DNA of 64,000 nt from an uncultured Spirochaetota bacterium (GTDB lineage: Bacteria; Spirochaetota; UBA4802; UBA5550): positions 30,325 through 94,324 of the forward strand of contig CALMRZ010000017.1 in NCBI GenBank assembly GCA_937872225.1, in the 5' to 3' direction. Positions 20,933 to 30,235 of this stretch are shown piece after piece; position 1 is the first letter of the stretch; the number at the start of each line of letters is the position of its first letter. The notes under the pieces are model-generated. The model was not told the DNA's origin and did not search any database. It saw only the letters and a list, made by a program, of their open reading frames with translations. The position numbers were made by a program, and so were the translations under genes.

Positions 20933-21866
20933 CTGTGCCCCATTGGTTATTGATATACTTCCTCATATCCTCATGCAGCGGCGCCCTGATGCAAATCTTT
21001 TTTTGCAGCGAAGGATGATAAAACGTGATCGACCGGGAATGGAGCGCACACCGCTTAAATCCCAGCTTCCGTTCAATCTCCCCGGTGGGCCCGGTCTTTA
21101 TGAAATCCCGGAATACGGTTTCATCGCGCCCGTACAGCTTGTCCCCCACGATGGGGTATCCGGCATGCTTTAAATGCACCCGTATCTGGTGCTGCCTTCC
21201 GGTATAGGGGACCGCTTTCAGAAGGGTCAGGTCATTCTTTGATTTGATCCGTATGAATTTCGTGCATGCTGCTTCGGGAGCGTTTTCATGGGCGATCCTC
21301 TTATGTTCTATGCCCGACGCTGCATCAAAACCTATGGGCATATCATTCATGAACACATCATGCTCCGGAACGCCGTGCACCAATGCGATATATGTTTTTT
21401 CCACTGATGAGAAGGTATCATGGATTGCTGATGCAGTGGCCGCGTTTTTTGCAAGGATTATCACCCCGGATGTTTCCCGGTCAAGCCGGTGCAGAAGATG
21501 GAGCTTTGTATCATATTCTTTCTGAAGAATAGACTGGAGCGTGTTATGATAAAAGACTCCGGCAGGATGGACCGGGAGATTCCCCGGTTTATTAACAGCC
21601 AGCAGGCAATCATCTTCATATATAACCGAGTATGTTGCGTCTACCTCAGGCTCAACGGCGTCCCTTCCGGCGTAGGTTATGACATCGCCGGTCCTGGTCT
21701 TCCTGTCATATTTAGTGAGGAGCCCTCCGTTATATGAGATCTTCCCTCTCAGAATCTCTCTCTGCCATTCCGAACGGCTCAGATATCCGAACTCTCTGGA
21801 CAGGAAAAGATCAATCCTCCGGTTTGAATTCCGTTCCGTAATTCGGCATGTTGTCAAGAATTCCAT
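20925..21866 (-). CDS. RluA/RluD-family 23S rRNA pseudouridine synthase with S4 domain
   Basis: Catalytic 'HRLDRETSGVIILAKN'. 'KTYIALVHG' and 'GRQHQIRVHL' motifs. Confidence 0.85.
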   Translation of the reverse strand: MEFLTTCRITERNSNRRIDLFLSREFGYLSRSEWQREILRGKISYNGGLLTKYDRKTRTGDVITYAGRDAVEPEVDATYSVIYEDDCLLAVNKPGNLPVHPAGVFYHNTLQSILQKEYDTKLHLLHRLDRETSGVIILAKNAATASAIHDTFSSVEKTYIALVHGVPEHDVFMNDMPIGFDAASGIEHKRIAHENAPEAACTKFIRIKSKNDLTLLKAVPYTGRQHQIRVHLKHAGYPIVGDKLYGRDETVFRDFIKTGPTGEIERKLGFKRCALHSRSITFYHPSLQKKICIRAPLHEDMRKYINNQWGTDV

Positions 21867-22508
21867 TATTCTATATTACCCAGTGCAAAACTATAGTCCT
21901 ATTGCGTCCCCCCCGGCAGTATTGTCTATAAAAAATTCCGGACAATGTATCGTGCCTTTGCATAACAACAGACGCGGGCCAGAGCTAATTGGCGCCGGGA
22001 AATGAATTCACCATCGTGATCTCAATGTCCGGTAAGGAATCGACGTACTGTGTTTTAAAATCAGGGAATGATTTTACAAACTGCCATTTGCCGCATCTGT
22101 CCGCTTGTATTCAGCCGACTTTACAAAAAGATTCCGATATAATTTTTTTCCAGAGTGCCGGAGCGGGGATGGCTTCATGTTACATTAACGCATGTTAAAA
22201 TTACTTTTAGCGTCCCATAAATTACTGAATATTCAATATAATGAGCTTCAATTAGATCATAAAAAAATACAATTTTTTAAAAAATTTTATTGCATTAATT
22301 AGCATAATAATACGAATTATCATCATACATAAACTTTATGGTTCTTGATTAATTATTTAAAAAAATCATAGCAAATATCTGATTAATCAAGAGTGGGCTG
22401 GATTTTATTAATTTTTTTCAATATTATATTATTATAAAACATCCCGCCCGTGCGGATTTTATATGGTGTTTGTTATGATGCCATGAATGTAGAATGGGGG
22501 TTACGAAA

Positions 22509-22580
22509 ATGAAACAGGCGTTGGTTTTAGTAGCTATGGTCATTACTGCGATCGCATTGCTATTTTTATTCCCAGTTTAA
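22509..22580 (+). CDS. Candidate 23-aa hydrophobic micro-protein (MKQALVLVAMVITAIALLFLFPV)
   Basis: ATG preceded by GGGGG about 9 nt upstream, single TM-like helix, located in an otherwise ORF-free AT-rich gap. No homology evidence. Confidence 0.25.
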   Translation: MKQALVLVAMVITAIALLFLFPV

Positions 22581-22707
22581 CAGATTTACGAGACGGGAAA
22601 AAATAGAGACTCGTTTAATAAAAAAAAATTATGGTAATAACCGGCTGACTGGTGGCAGCGTATAAACACTGTCAGGTTGAGTGGGGGGACAATGAAGATA
22701 ACGTGCG

Positions 22708-23136
22708 TTATTTTTCGTATTGAATAACGGTTCCCTTCACGTGCAGTATTTCTACCATCCCGATAATCCAGACTTGACGCTCGAACCATGTCCGCACATT
22801 AATAAGATTGTCTCCCCGAAGTCTGTTTATGGCTTCACCGGCCGCCCTGTCATAATCTATCCGCGGCGTAACCGGTACAATCCATAACAAATGGAAACTG
22901 CTGCTGGTTCCTTCAGCTTCACCGAGAACGCGATACGTATTACTTTCCATGACTTTTGCGTGGGGTTCCAGTCCGGCAACGCGGACCCCCTTGTACAGGC
23001 ATCCGCTGTGTAGGCCCGGGCAGAGGAGTGCAATACCAAGGGCAAGGCACAGCCGCCGGGACCCTTTCCCGGTCTGTCCGGCAATGCCATAATTCCTTTT
23101 ATTCCATCTTTGCATCGTATGCATCCATGATCTCAT
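22708..23136 (-). CDS. Small lipoprotein, paralog of the upstream gene (TRL-like architecture)
   Basis: Lipobox 'LHSGC'. ATGA overlap with the upstream gene. Shared pattern 'Y.V.G...G...GD.LINV...V.G.VI'. Confidence 0.55.
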   Translation of the reverse strand: MRSWMHTMQRWNKRNYGIAGQTGKGSRRLCLALGIALLCPGLHSGCLYKGVRVAGLEPHAKVMESNTYRVLGEAEGTSSSFHLLWIVPVTPRIDYDRAAGEAINRLRGDNLINVRTWFERQVWIIGMVEILHVKGTVIQYEK

Positions 23137-23534
23137 TTTTTTGTCTTGATCGTCTGTCGGCCTTTATCCTTATCCGAGCCGCCGGCATCGAAGGATACGG
23201 CTTCCCCTTCAACCACGACCTTGTTCTCAGAAACAAAGAGGAACCAGGATGTTTTTTGATAACAGCTTACATTGATCAGCGCGTCTCCTCCCTTTTTCTT
23301 GAGAGCATCCTGTATGGCGAGGTCTATATCGGGCCGTCCGACCATCCAGAGGCCGAATACCGACCACACCCGGTGCGTCCCCTGGACCGGACCGTAATTC
23401 ATGATAATTTTTTTATCATGCACCGGAGTCGTTGAAGAGGTCACGGCAACGGGGCTGGTTATGCACCCGCACGGCAGCAGCAAGGCCGCCAGCAAAATAA
23501 GAAATGATACCCTGCTTTTTTTCCGGAACATCAT
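23133..23534 (-). CDS. Small lipoprotein (TRL-like architecture)
   Basis: Signal peptide plus lipobox 'LLPCGC'. 'GGDALINVSCYQ...VVVEGEAV'. Confidence 0.6.
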   Translation of the reverse strand: MMFRKKSRVSFLILLAALLLPCGCITSPVAVTSSTTPVHDKKIIMNYGPVQGTHRVWSVFGLWMVGRPDIDLAIQDALKKKGGDALINVSCYQKTSWFLFVSENKVVVEGEAVSFDAGGSDKDKGRQTIKTKK

Positions 23535-23548
23535 CGTTCTCTCCTTTT

Positions 23549-26080
23549 TCAGAATTTAGCCTCGACGCCAAAATTAGGAATTAGGGCAATGGACGAGCCG
23601 TAGGTGGTGATCTTGGGATTTTTCTTTCCCATATACGGTAGATTGTAATTCCATCGTTGCACCACAACGGGGCGGTAGTTATAGGCGTTTATTATTTCAA
23701 TGTACCAGCTCACGTAGCCCCATGAATACGTTGTCGTATTGCTGTAGCGCAGATCCAGTCTGTGATAAATCGGGAAATTGCGGGTGTTGGGTTTTCCATA
23801 AACCGGGACAAAGCGTACGGGATAGTCGGGATCCTGGATGGAAGCGACAATGGGAGTATACGGATTCGATGTGAACAGCATGAACTTGCCGGTAATGGCA
23901 TGCTTTCCGTGGGCATAGCCGAGAATCAGCTTGAAGCTGTGGTTCTGTTCAAAATCATAATTCAGCCAGTGGTTTCCCCAGTAATCACCGGTCTTATTAA
24001 ACGCAATGTCGTCAATGGATGCGGGGAACCCCCCGCTTTTGCTGATCAGAATTCCGTATTTACCCGGCGAATGAGGGAGGCCTGATTTGGCTTTTGACCT
24101 GGTATAGGTGTAGCTGACCCATCCAAAAATTCCGTTCTCGCCTTCCTTGCGGTCTTTTTTAACCATGATCTCACCGCCATAGGCGCGGATTCTTCCGGTG
24201 CTCATGGTCTGGCGCAGGCTTCCGTTAGGCCCAATATGAACATATTCCTGGACCAGATCGTGAAAATCGTTCCAGAACCCTTCAGCCTTGATCTTGAAAA
24301 GCCCTATTGTCTGTTCCAGTCCGACTACGCGATGGATGGCCCATTCCGGTTTACCGTTTCTTCCTACCTTCGCATACTGAGGGGACGCATCAAAATAATC
24401 AGGATTTGTCTGAAAGAAGTAGCTGTATTTCCCCCCCGCAACTGAAATGGTCGTATTTGTCGGGAATTCATAACTCATCATCCCCCGGGGGTCCCAGGTC
24501 ACGTATCCCGAACGGTTCAGATAATCGCTCCGGAAACCGGGAATAAAGGTGAAGCCGCCATAGGTGAACTTCGCTTCAACGTATCCGCCCACGCCGTGAT
24601 TGAGGATGTTATTGTCCATGAACATGGTCACATCATTATTATTTGAAAGGTCTGACGTAAAGCTGCCTCCGCTTGATTTCGGCCTGTTGCCGCTCGCGGT
24701 AAAATGATAGATGGTGTATTCCGCCCCGCCTCGGATCTCAAGGTATTTCTTGACAGCAACAATCTTGAATTTGTCGGTAAAGCCGAACACGTATGGCCGT
24801 GTCCGGATCCGGATGGCCTGCTGAGCCAGGTTGACGCCCGGGGCGGGAATGGTTATTGATATGGAATTCTGCCTCAAGGAGGAATAAAACGTTAACTTGT
24901 TTCTGAATATCTCTGAAGGCTGATAGCTATAGCAGAGGCTCTGGGCATTTGTCATCTGGTTGGTATTGACGGAGAGACCGGTAAGGAGGGGATCAGAGCC
25001 ATCAGTTTTGACCTTGCTGCTGTTGACGAATTTCAAATAATCCTTGCTCCCGAAAGCCAGAAGGGTCAGTGAATGGGCATTGTTGAAATTGTATCGTGCC
25101 TTGAACTGGTAATCCCAGTACTGCGGAAGTATATTGATGGAATCGCCCGTGATCAGGTTAATGAGGGGAAGAATGATAAGATCGATATAGCTGATCCTGC
25201 CGGCAGCGATGATATATCCCGCATTGCGCTGGTCCTTTTTATATTCTTCCATGGGCGAGCCGAGATAAATGCCGCTGTGTTCATTCTTGAGGATCGGTGT
25301 CTGGATCAGGGCAGTTGCTGACAGCAGGGACAGGTCGGTATAGCCGCCGAATTCCTTCACATCATCAACGGTATTAATGCTTATGACGGCAGACGTTGCG
25401 GACCCGATCTCCGCGGGAAATGCCGATGAATACAGGTCGATTTCATCGATCAGGTTGGTGTTGATGACCGAATGAAGACCGCCGTAATGAAGGGCATTGT
25501 ATATGGGTATGTCATCCACCATGTACCGAACCCCCCGGTAATCGCCTCCGCGAATGACGATGGGACCGAAAAAATCGCCTCCCGTCCTGATGACCCCCGG
25601 CAGCGACGCCAGGGCGTTGATGGAATCGCCGAAGGACGCCGGTACCTGCTTGATCTGCTGCTTGGTCATTGAATGGCGCGAAACGGTCTGGAGATCCCTC
25701 TTGCCCGTGATGGTGAGGCCATCATCCTTGGTTATCGCGCTTTCGAGGGGAAAATTCTTAATCGTGTCATTCTTGATATACACGGATACCCTGGACACTT
25801 TGAGTCCCTCGGACCTGACAAAAACCGTATAGGCTCCCTGTTTCGGCACGGAGATACGGTACTGGCCGTTTTCGTCGCAATTCGCCTTAATTTTCAGTTC
25901 TGTTATAAAGACCGTGCCGGAATTCACCGGCTTCTTGGTCATGGCATTATAGACAATGCCCCGGAGCACATGGGCATTCTTCTGCTGGGCATGGAGATAA
26001 TCCGTACCGTGGAACCAGAAATATATCAGGAACAGCAGGATGAAGGGATGATTTCCTTTGCGGATTATGGATAGATTCAT
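23549..26080 (-). CDS. TonB-dependent outer-membrane receptor with N-terminal carboxypeptidase-regulatory-like domain
   Basis: Signal peptide. 'LRGIVYNAMTKKPV...' CarbopepD_reg-like domain. Plug motifs 'SINALASLPGV' and 'IVIRGG'. Long beta-rich barrel ending in the terminal 'VEAKF' aromatic residue. Confidence 0.8.
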   Translation of the reverse strand: MNLSIIRKGNHPFILLFLIYFWFHGTDYLHAQQKNAHVLRGIVYNAMTKKPVNSGTVFITELKIKANCDENGQYRISVPKQGAYTVFVRSEGLKVSRVSVYIKNDTIKNFPLESAITKDDGLTITGKRDLQTVSRHSMTKQQIKQVPASFGDSINALASLPGVIRTGGDFFGPIVIRGGDYRGVRYMVDDIPIYNALHYGGLHSVINTNLIDEIDLYSSAFPAEIGSATSAVISINTVDDVKEFGGYTDLSLLSATALIQTPILKNEHSGIYLGSPMEEYKKDQRNAGYIIAAGRISYIDLIILPLINLITGDSINILPQYWDYQFKARYNFNNAHSLTLLAFGSKDYLKFVNSSKVKTDGSDPLLTGLSVNTNQMTNAQSLCYSYQPSEIFRNKLTFYSSLRQNSISITIPAPGVNLAQQAIRIRTRPYVFGFTDKFKIVAVKKYLEIRGGAEYTIYHFTASGNRPKSSGGSFTSDLSNNNDVTMFMDNNILNHGVGGYVEAKFTYGGFTFIPGFRSDYLNRSGYVTWDPRGMMSYEFPTNTTISVAGGKYSYFFQTNPDYFDASPQYAKVGRNGKPEWAIHRVVGLEQTIGLFKIKAEGFWNDFHDLVQEYVHIGPNGSLRQTMSTGRIRAYGGEIMVKKDRKEGENGIFGWVSYTYTRSKAKSGLPHSPGKYGILISKSGGFPASIDDIAFNKTGDYWGNHWLNYDFEQNHSFKLILGYAHGKHAITGKFMLFTSNPYTPIVASIQDPDYPVRFVPVYGKPNTRNFPIYHRLDLRYSNTTTYSWGYVSWYIEIINAYNYRPVVVQRWNYNLPYMGKKNPKITTYGSSIALIPNFGVEAKF

Positions 26081-26445
26081 AAATTCAGCACATATTCAGT
26101 ATGTATTGTAAAAACTGAAGCATTAACCTATAATTGCTCCATGCGATTATGGCCGAATTCCTGATCATGGCCACAATGAATACGGTGTATCTCAACTGGA
26201 AAAGCCTATTTATTTAAAATTATTGTCAGTTATGAGTCAAGATAAAAAAGATAGTGTGCGGTTTTAAGAAATCCATGCTTATACGGATTAATGATTAAAG
26301 GGCGTCACGGAAATATTATTCGTTGACAGGGGACAGGCCAGACTCTTAATAAAACTTGCAATTATTGACCGATCCAGTAAACTGTTGCAGATTGGCCCCG
26401 TACGTTCAGCGGACATCCATCGACAGTACCCGATCTGGAGGATTT

Positions 26446-27690
26446 ATGAAATATTTGATAATCGGTTCCGGCGGCCGGGAGCATACGATCGCCTGGCGTC
26501 TCCTGAATGACGGAAGTTCAAAAGAAGTGTATGTTGCACCGGGCAACGGCGGCATCGATCCGGCCTTTTGCGCCGATATACCCGTAAACGATTTCGGATC
26601 AATTGAGCGGTTCTGCCGCATAAAAAAAATCGACATGGTTGTCGTGGGCCCCGAAGCACCCCTGGTTGACGGGATCGTCGATTTTCTGAACGAAAAGAAA
26701 ATCCCGGTTTTCGGCCCGTCACAAAAGGCGGCACAGCTTGAAGGCAGCAAGCTCTTTGCAAAATATATCATGGGAAAATACGGCATACCGACGGCTCGGC
26801 ACCTCGAATTCACCGGCAAGAACTCCCTGCTCGATTACATTCACCATGAAGACCGGTACCCCCTGGTCATCAAGTTGGACGGCCTCGCCGCCGGCAAGGG
26901 GGTCGGCATACCGGAAAACCGCAACGAAGCCCTTGACTTTATCAACGCGACGGTGCGCGAAGGGACGCGGGTTTTTGTTGAAGACTTTATCAGCGGCGAG
27001 GAAGCATCGGTGTTATGCGTATCAGACGGGAAAAACATCGCCCCCTTTGTCGCAGCGCAGGATCATAAAAGGATCTATGACGGCGATAAAGGACCCAACA
27101 CCGGCGGCATGGGGGCTTACGCGCCCGCGCCCGTGATGACCGACGAGCGATTCAACTTCGTGCGGGACAACATTTTGCAGAAAACCGTTGACGCCATGAA
27201 CAGCGAAGGCATTCCCTTCAAGGGCATACTCTATGCCGGGATAATCGTCAACGGGAAGGACATCAATGTCCTCGAATTCAATGTCCGCTTCGGAGATCCC
27301 GAGGCGCAGGTGATCATCCCCCTTATGGAAGGAAGGCTGGGTGATATTTTGCAGGCCTCGGTAAACGGCACGCTGGATAAAACCCCGCTGTCTTTTAAGA
27401 AAATGCATGCCATTACCGTTGTCATCGCATCGGGAGGATATCCCGGCCATTATGAAACAGATAAACTGATTTCAGGTCTTGACAGGGTCCCGGACAATGT
27501 CATTGTCTTCCATGCCGGAACAAAATACGACGGGAAAGCCCATTATACCAGCGGGGGCAGGGTCCTCAACGTAACAGCCTTTGGAAACACCCTCAGGGAA
27601 GCCAGGGACACCGTATACCGAATGATCGACACCATTTCATTTGAAGATTCATATTACCGCAGGGACATTGCTCATCGGGCGCTGGAATAA
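26446..27690 (+). CDS. purD: Phosphoribosylamine-glycine ligase
   Basis: 'MKYLIIGSGGREH', ATP-grasp 'VIKLDGLAAGKGV' and 'NTGGMGAY'. Start set at the ATG at 26446 behind GGAGGA. Confidence 0.9.
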   Translation: MKYLIIGSGGREHTIAWRLLNDGSSKEVYVAPGNGGIDPAFCADIPVNDFGSIERFCRIKKIDMVVVGPEAPLVDGIVDFLNEKKIPVFGPSQKAAQLEGSKLFAKYIMGKYGIPTARHLEFTGKNSLLDYIHHEDRYPLVIKLDGLAAGKGVGIPENRNEALDFINATVREGTRVFVEDFISGEEASVLCVSDGKNIAPFVAAQDHKRIYDGDKGPNTGGMGAYAPAPVMTDERFNFVRDNILQKTVDAMNSEGIPFKGILYAGIIVNGKDINVLEFNVRFGDPEAQVIIPLMEGRLGDILQASVNGTLDKTPLSFKKMHAITVVIASGGYPGHYETDKLISGLDRVPDNVIVFHAGTKYDGKAHYTSGGRVLNVTAFGNTLREARDTVYRMIDTISFEDSYYRRDIAHRALE

Positions 27691-27712
27691 CTTTCATCAA
27701 GGGATCAAGAAC

Positions 27713-28213
27713 ATGAAAAACACTCTCTTCGCACTAATCAGCCTGGCGATTTCAGCCTCAGTGGTATGGTCTGCCGACACAAAGAAACCCCCGGTGATCA
27801 AAGACATGGAATCCCTTGAGGGCATTACCCACTACGGCATGCCGATCGAGGAAATCTCGAAATCATACAGGAAAGACGAATCGGTTTTGAATATCATTTA
27901 TTCCAAAACACTTTCAGACGACAACATGGACAGCTACGTCAGGCGGTTTTACGATGAATTCCTGCGTCAAATCGAGAAATGGCTCTATGAGAATAAACTC
28001 CCATTGAAGGATATGCGCATTGTCATATCAAACTGCAAATTCTGCAAAATCGGCTACTGCAAAAAAAAGAATATCAGGGAAATGGACCTTGTTCTGTACA
28101 GCGACGGTACAAGCGTCAGGCACCTGGCCCTCAAGCATGATGATATAATCGATAAAAATAAATACATCGATATTGCCAGGAGCGCCGTTATCATTTTTCT
28201 GGATAAGCAATAA
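27713..28213 (+). CDS. Secreted hypothetical protein
   Basis: Signal peptide MKNTLFALISLAISASVVWSA. No recognised domain. Confidence 0.45.
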   Translation: MKNTLFALISLAISASVVWSADTKKPPVIKDMESLEGITHYGMPIEEISKSYRKDESVLNIIYSKTLSDDNMDSYVRRFYDEFLRQIEKWLYENKLPLKDMRIVISNCKFCKIGYCKKKNIREMDLVLYSDGTSVRHLALKHDDIIDKNKYIDIARSAVIIFLDKQ

Positions 28214-28284
28214 TGAGCATGCCGGCAATTCCGGCCCTCTATAAAAAAATAACCTTTCTGCAGATGTATCTAGATGCTTCTGCT

Positions 28285-30195
28285 TTATCTGGCCCCTTTA
28301 ATATCCACCTGATACCGGAAATCTTTTTTTTCGTTACCTGTCCGTGCAGTATTAAGGGCCTTCATCACGTCCCGTTCCGAATAGATATCCCTGAGTATGA
28401 TTGGCCTGGAAAAATCGTTCCCGGGCGGCACAATGGCAAGGAGGGGTATGGCCTGGCTCTTGAAAAGACGCATCATTCTTTCGGCATCCGGATTTTTCCC
28501 GGTTATATCCGCCACCATGAAGTCAACCGCCGGATCATTCAGGGCCCCGGCAACCTTCTCGCTCTGTAGGGTCACTTTTTCCACCAGCCTGCAGTTCGGG
28601 CACCAGTCGGCGGTGAACTCTATGACTGAAATTTTTCCTGAATCCCTGTTTGCAATGAGGCGTCCGGCGCTGAAGTCGTTTTTCGTTATCGCGGCGACCT
28701 TCTTTTCCCTGTACAGGTACTCAAAGGAGATGAAATAACCGCCGACCAGCATGCCGACAAGAGCTATAGTTGACAGTATTCTTGTTACTGCCGTCTGGGT
28801 GACGGAGCCGTATCTGCCATACTGCCAGAAGCCCAAGGCTATGAAACCCAGCAGCGTAATCATCGGCACCGCTGATGCCTCGTCGAGAATGCCGACCAGA
28901 TAAATCACCGTGAAAACAAGGAAAAATGCCATCACCTTTTCAAAGGTCACCAGCCATTCGCCGGGTTTCGGGATAAACTTCAATAATTTCGGATTGATGG
29001 TCAAAATGATATACGGAAGGGACATCCCGAAGCCGATGCACAGGAATACCAGAAATATTATACCCGGCGATTGCGATAGCGTCCAGGCAAGGGTGCCGCC
29101 GAGAAAAGGACCGCTGCAGGGTGTTGCCAGCAATGTCGCGAAGAGGCCCTTCATAAAGGCGTCCCCGTAGGGATGTGCTTTTCCCGAGACGGCCTTTCCG
29201 GCAAAGGATGGTACAGTGATGGTGTAGACTCCGAAGAGGGAAAGCGATAGGGCGAATACGACCCCTGTCATGACTACCAGAAACAAGCGATGCTGGAACA
29301 GCCCCCCCCACTTGTATCCGAAAAAAGCCGCCAGTGCAGCCAGGACCGCGAAGCTGGCTAGTATGCCGAGTGAAAAGACTATGCCCAGCAAGAAGAGCTC
29401 ACGCCTGCTTTTCCCCGCGTGCTGGATGAACCCCATGACCTTGAGGCTTACCACCGGGAGAACACAGGGCATGATATTTAATAGCATGCCGGCTATGATG
29501 CCGAATATGATAGCCTGCAGTAACCCTGAAATCCCCTTTTCAAAAAAACGCGGTGAAAAAGAAAGCTCATCAGGCAATGCTGATGTTGTGTCATCGGGGA
29601 TGACGGCCTGAACCTTTTCCGCCGTTGCATCTTTTCCGGCAGCTGAAGACGCCCGGTATTCGTCTAGGATGACACGGCTGTAGACCGTGCCGGCCGAACC
29701 TTCCGGCAGGACCCTGACCTGGCACTTGAAGCGGAAAATTTTGGGGACACAATAGGAGGAGCCCTGTCCTTTTGCAGGGTCCGTGCAGAGCAATGAATCA
29801 AAAACCACGCCTACGTCACTGACCCCCGGCACGGCGTCCCCGGAAACTCTAAAAGGCAGGAAAATCCTTGTCTCATGTTCATATCCCCAGGTATATTCCT
29901 TCTCCCCGGGGAAATAATATTTTTGGGGCTCCAGAAAACGCGCCCCTGAAAAGATTATGCCTTTCGGCGCTTCAACCGCTACTTCGGTGGGCTTCCCGAT
30001 TCCGGGCCCCTTGGGATTGCCGTAAATATGGCTTCTTTCCGGAAGCTCAACCTGCAGCGCTATAAAGGATTCACTCCCCAGGGCCGCTGCGGTCTCTTTC
30101 TGAACGGGATACACCTTCATTTCCCGGTATTCATTTCTGCTGCATGAATACAGCATGATTGTTATGACGACTAATAATACGGCATATTTCTTCAT
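28285..30195 (-). CDS. dsbD: Thiol:disulfide interchange protein DsbD-like
   Basis: N-terminal periplasmic domain, central multi-TM core with 'NIMPCVLPV' and 'LLATPCSGPF', and a C-terminal thioredoxin fold 'FTADWCPNC'. Confidence 0.8.
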   Translation of the reverse strand: MKKYAVLLVVITIMLYSCSRNEYREMKVYPVQKETAAALGSESFIALQVELPERSHIYGNPKGPGIGKPTEVAVEAPKGIIFSGARFLEPQKYYFPGEKEYTWGYEHETRIFLPFRVSGDAVPGVSDVGVVFDSLLCTDPAKGQGSSYCVPKIFRFKCQVRVLPEGSAGTVYSRVILDEYRASSAAGKDATAEKVQAVIPDDTTSALPDELSFSPRFFEKGISGLLQAIIFGIIAGMLLNIMPCVLPVVSLKVMGFIQHAGKSRRELFLLGIVFSLGILASFAVLAALAAFFGYKWGGLFQHRLFLVVMTGVVFALSLSLFGVYTITVPSFAGKAVSGKAHPYGDAFMKGLFATLLATPCSGPFLGGTLAWTLSQSPGIIFLVFLCIGFGMSLPYIILTINPKLLKFIPKPGEWLVTFEKVMAFFLVFTVIYLVGILDEASAVPMITLLGFIALGFWQYGRYGSVTQTAVTRILSTIALVGMLVGGYFISFEYLYREKKVAAITKNDFSAGRLIANRDSGKISVIEFTADWCPNCRLVEKVTLQSEKVAGALNDPAVDFMVADITGKNPDAERMMRLFKSQAIPLLAIVPPGNDFSRPIILRDIYSERDVMKALNTARTGNEKKDFRYQVDIKGAR

Positions 30196-30235
30196 AGGTC
30201 CACCTTTAACAATCCACCGGCATTCCGAGCCGCTT

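Noticed and set aside
21989-22198. 69-aa ORF in the large gap upstream of the AT-rich core
   Set aside because: It has no SD, an atypical Cys/Ser-rich composition and no motif, and it sits where the divergent promoter of the rluA-type operon is expected.
22200-22440. AT-rich core as a chromosomal origin (oriC) or mobile-element end
   Set aside because: I found no DnaA-box-like TTATCCACA repeats. dnaA and dnaN are absent, no integrase or transposase gene flanks the core, and no tRNA gene adjoins it. The gyrBA cluster, the usual oriC neighbour, is about 40 kb away.
26081-26445. Riboswitch search in the TonB-receptor/purD divergent region (cobalamin B12 box for the receptor; purine or ZTP element for purD)
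   Set aside because: I found no B12-box-like sequence. I also found no purine-riboswitch junction motifs and no ZTP 'CCGCCTGGGC'-like pseudoknot element. Only a generic 7-bp hairpin (TGTGGCC/GGCCATA on the minus-strand leader) is present.
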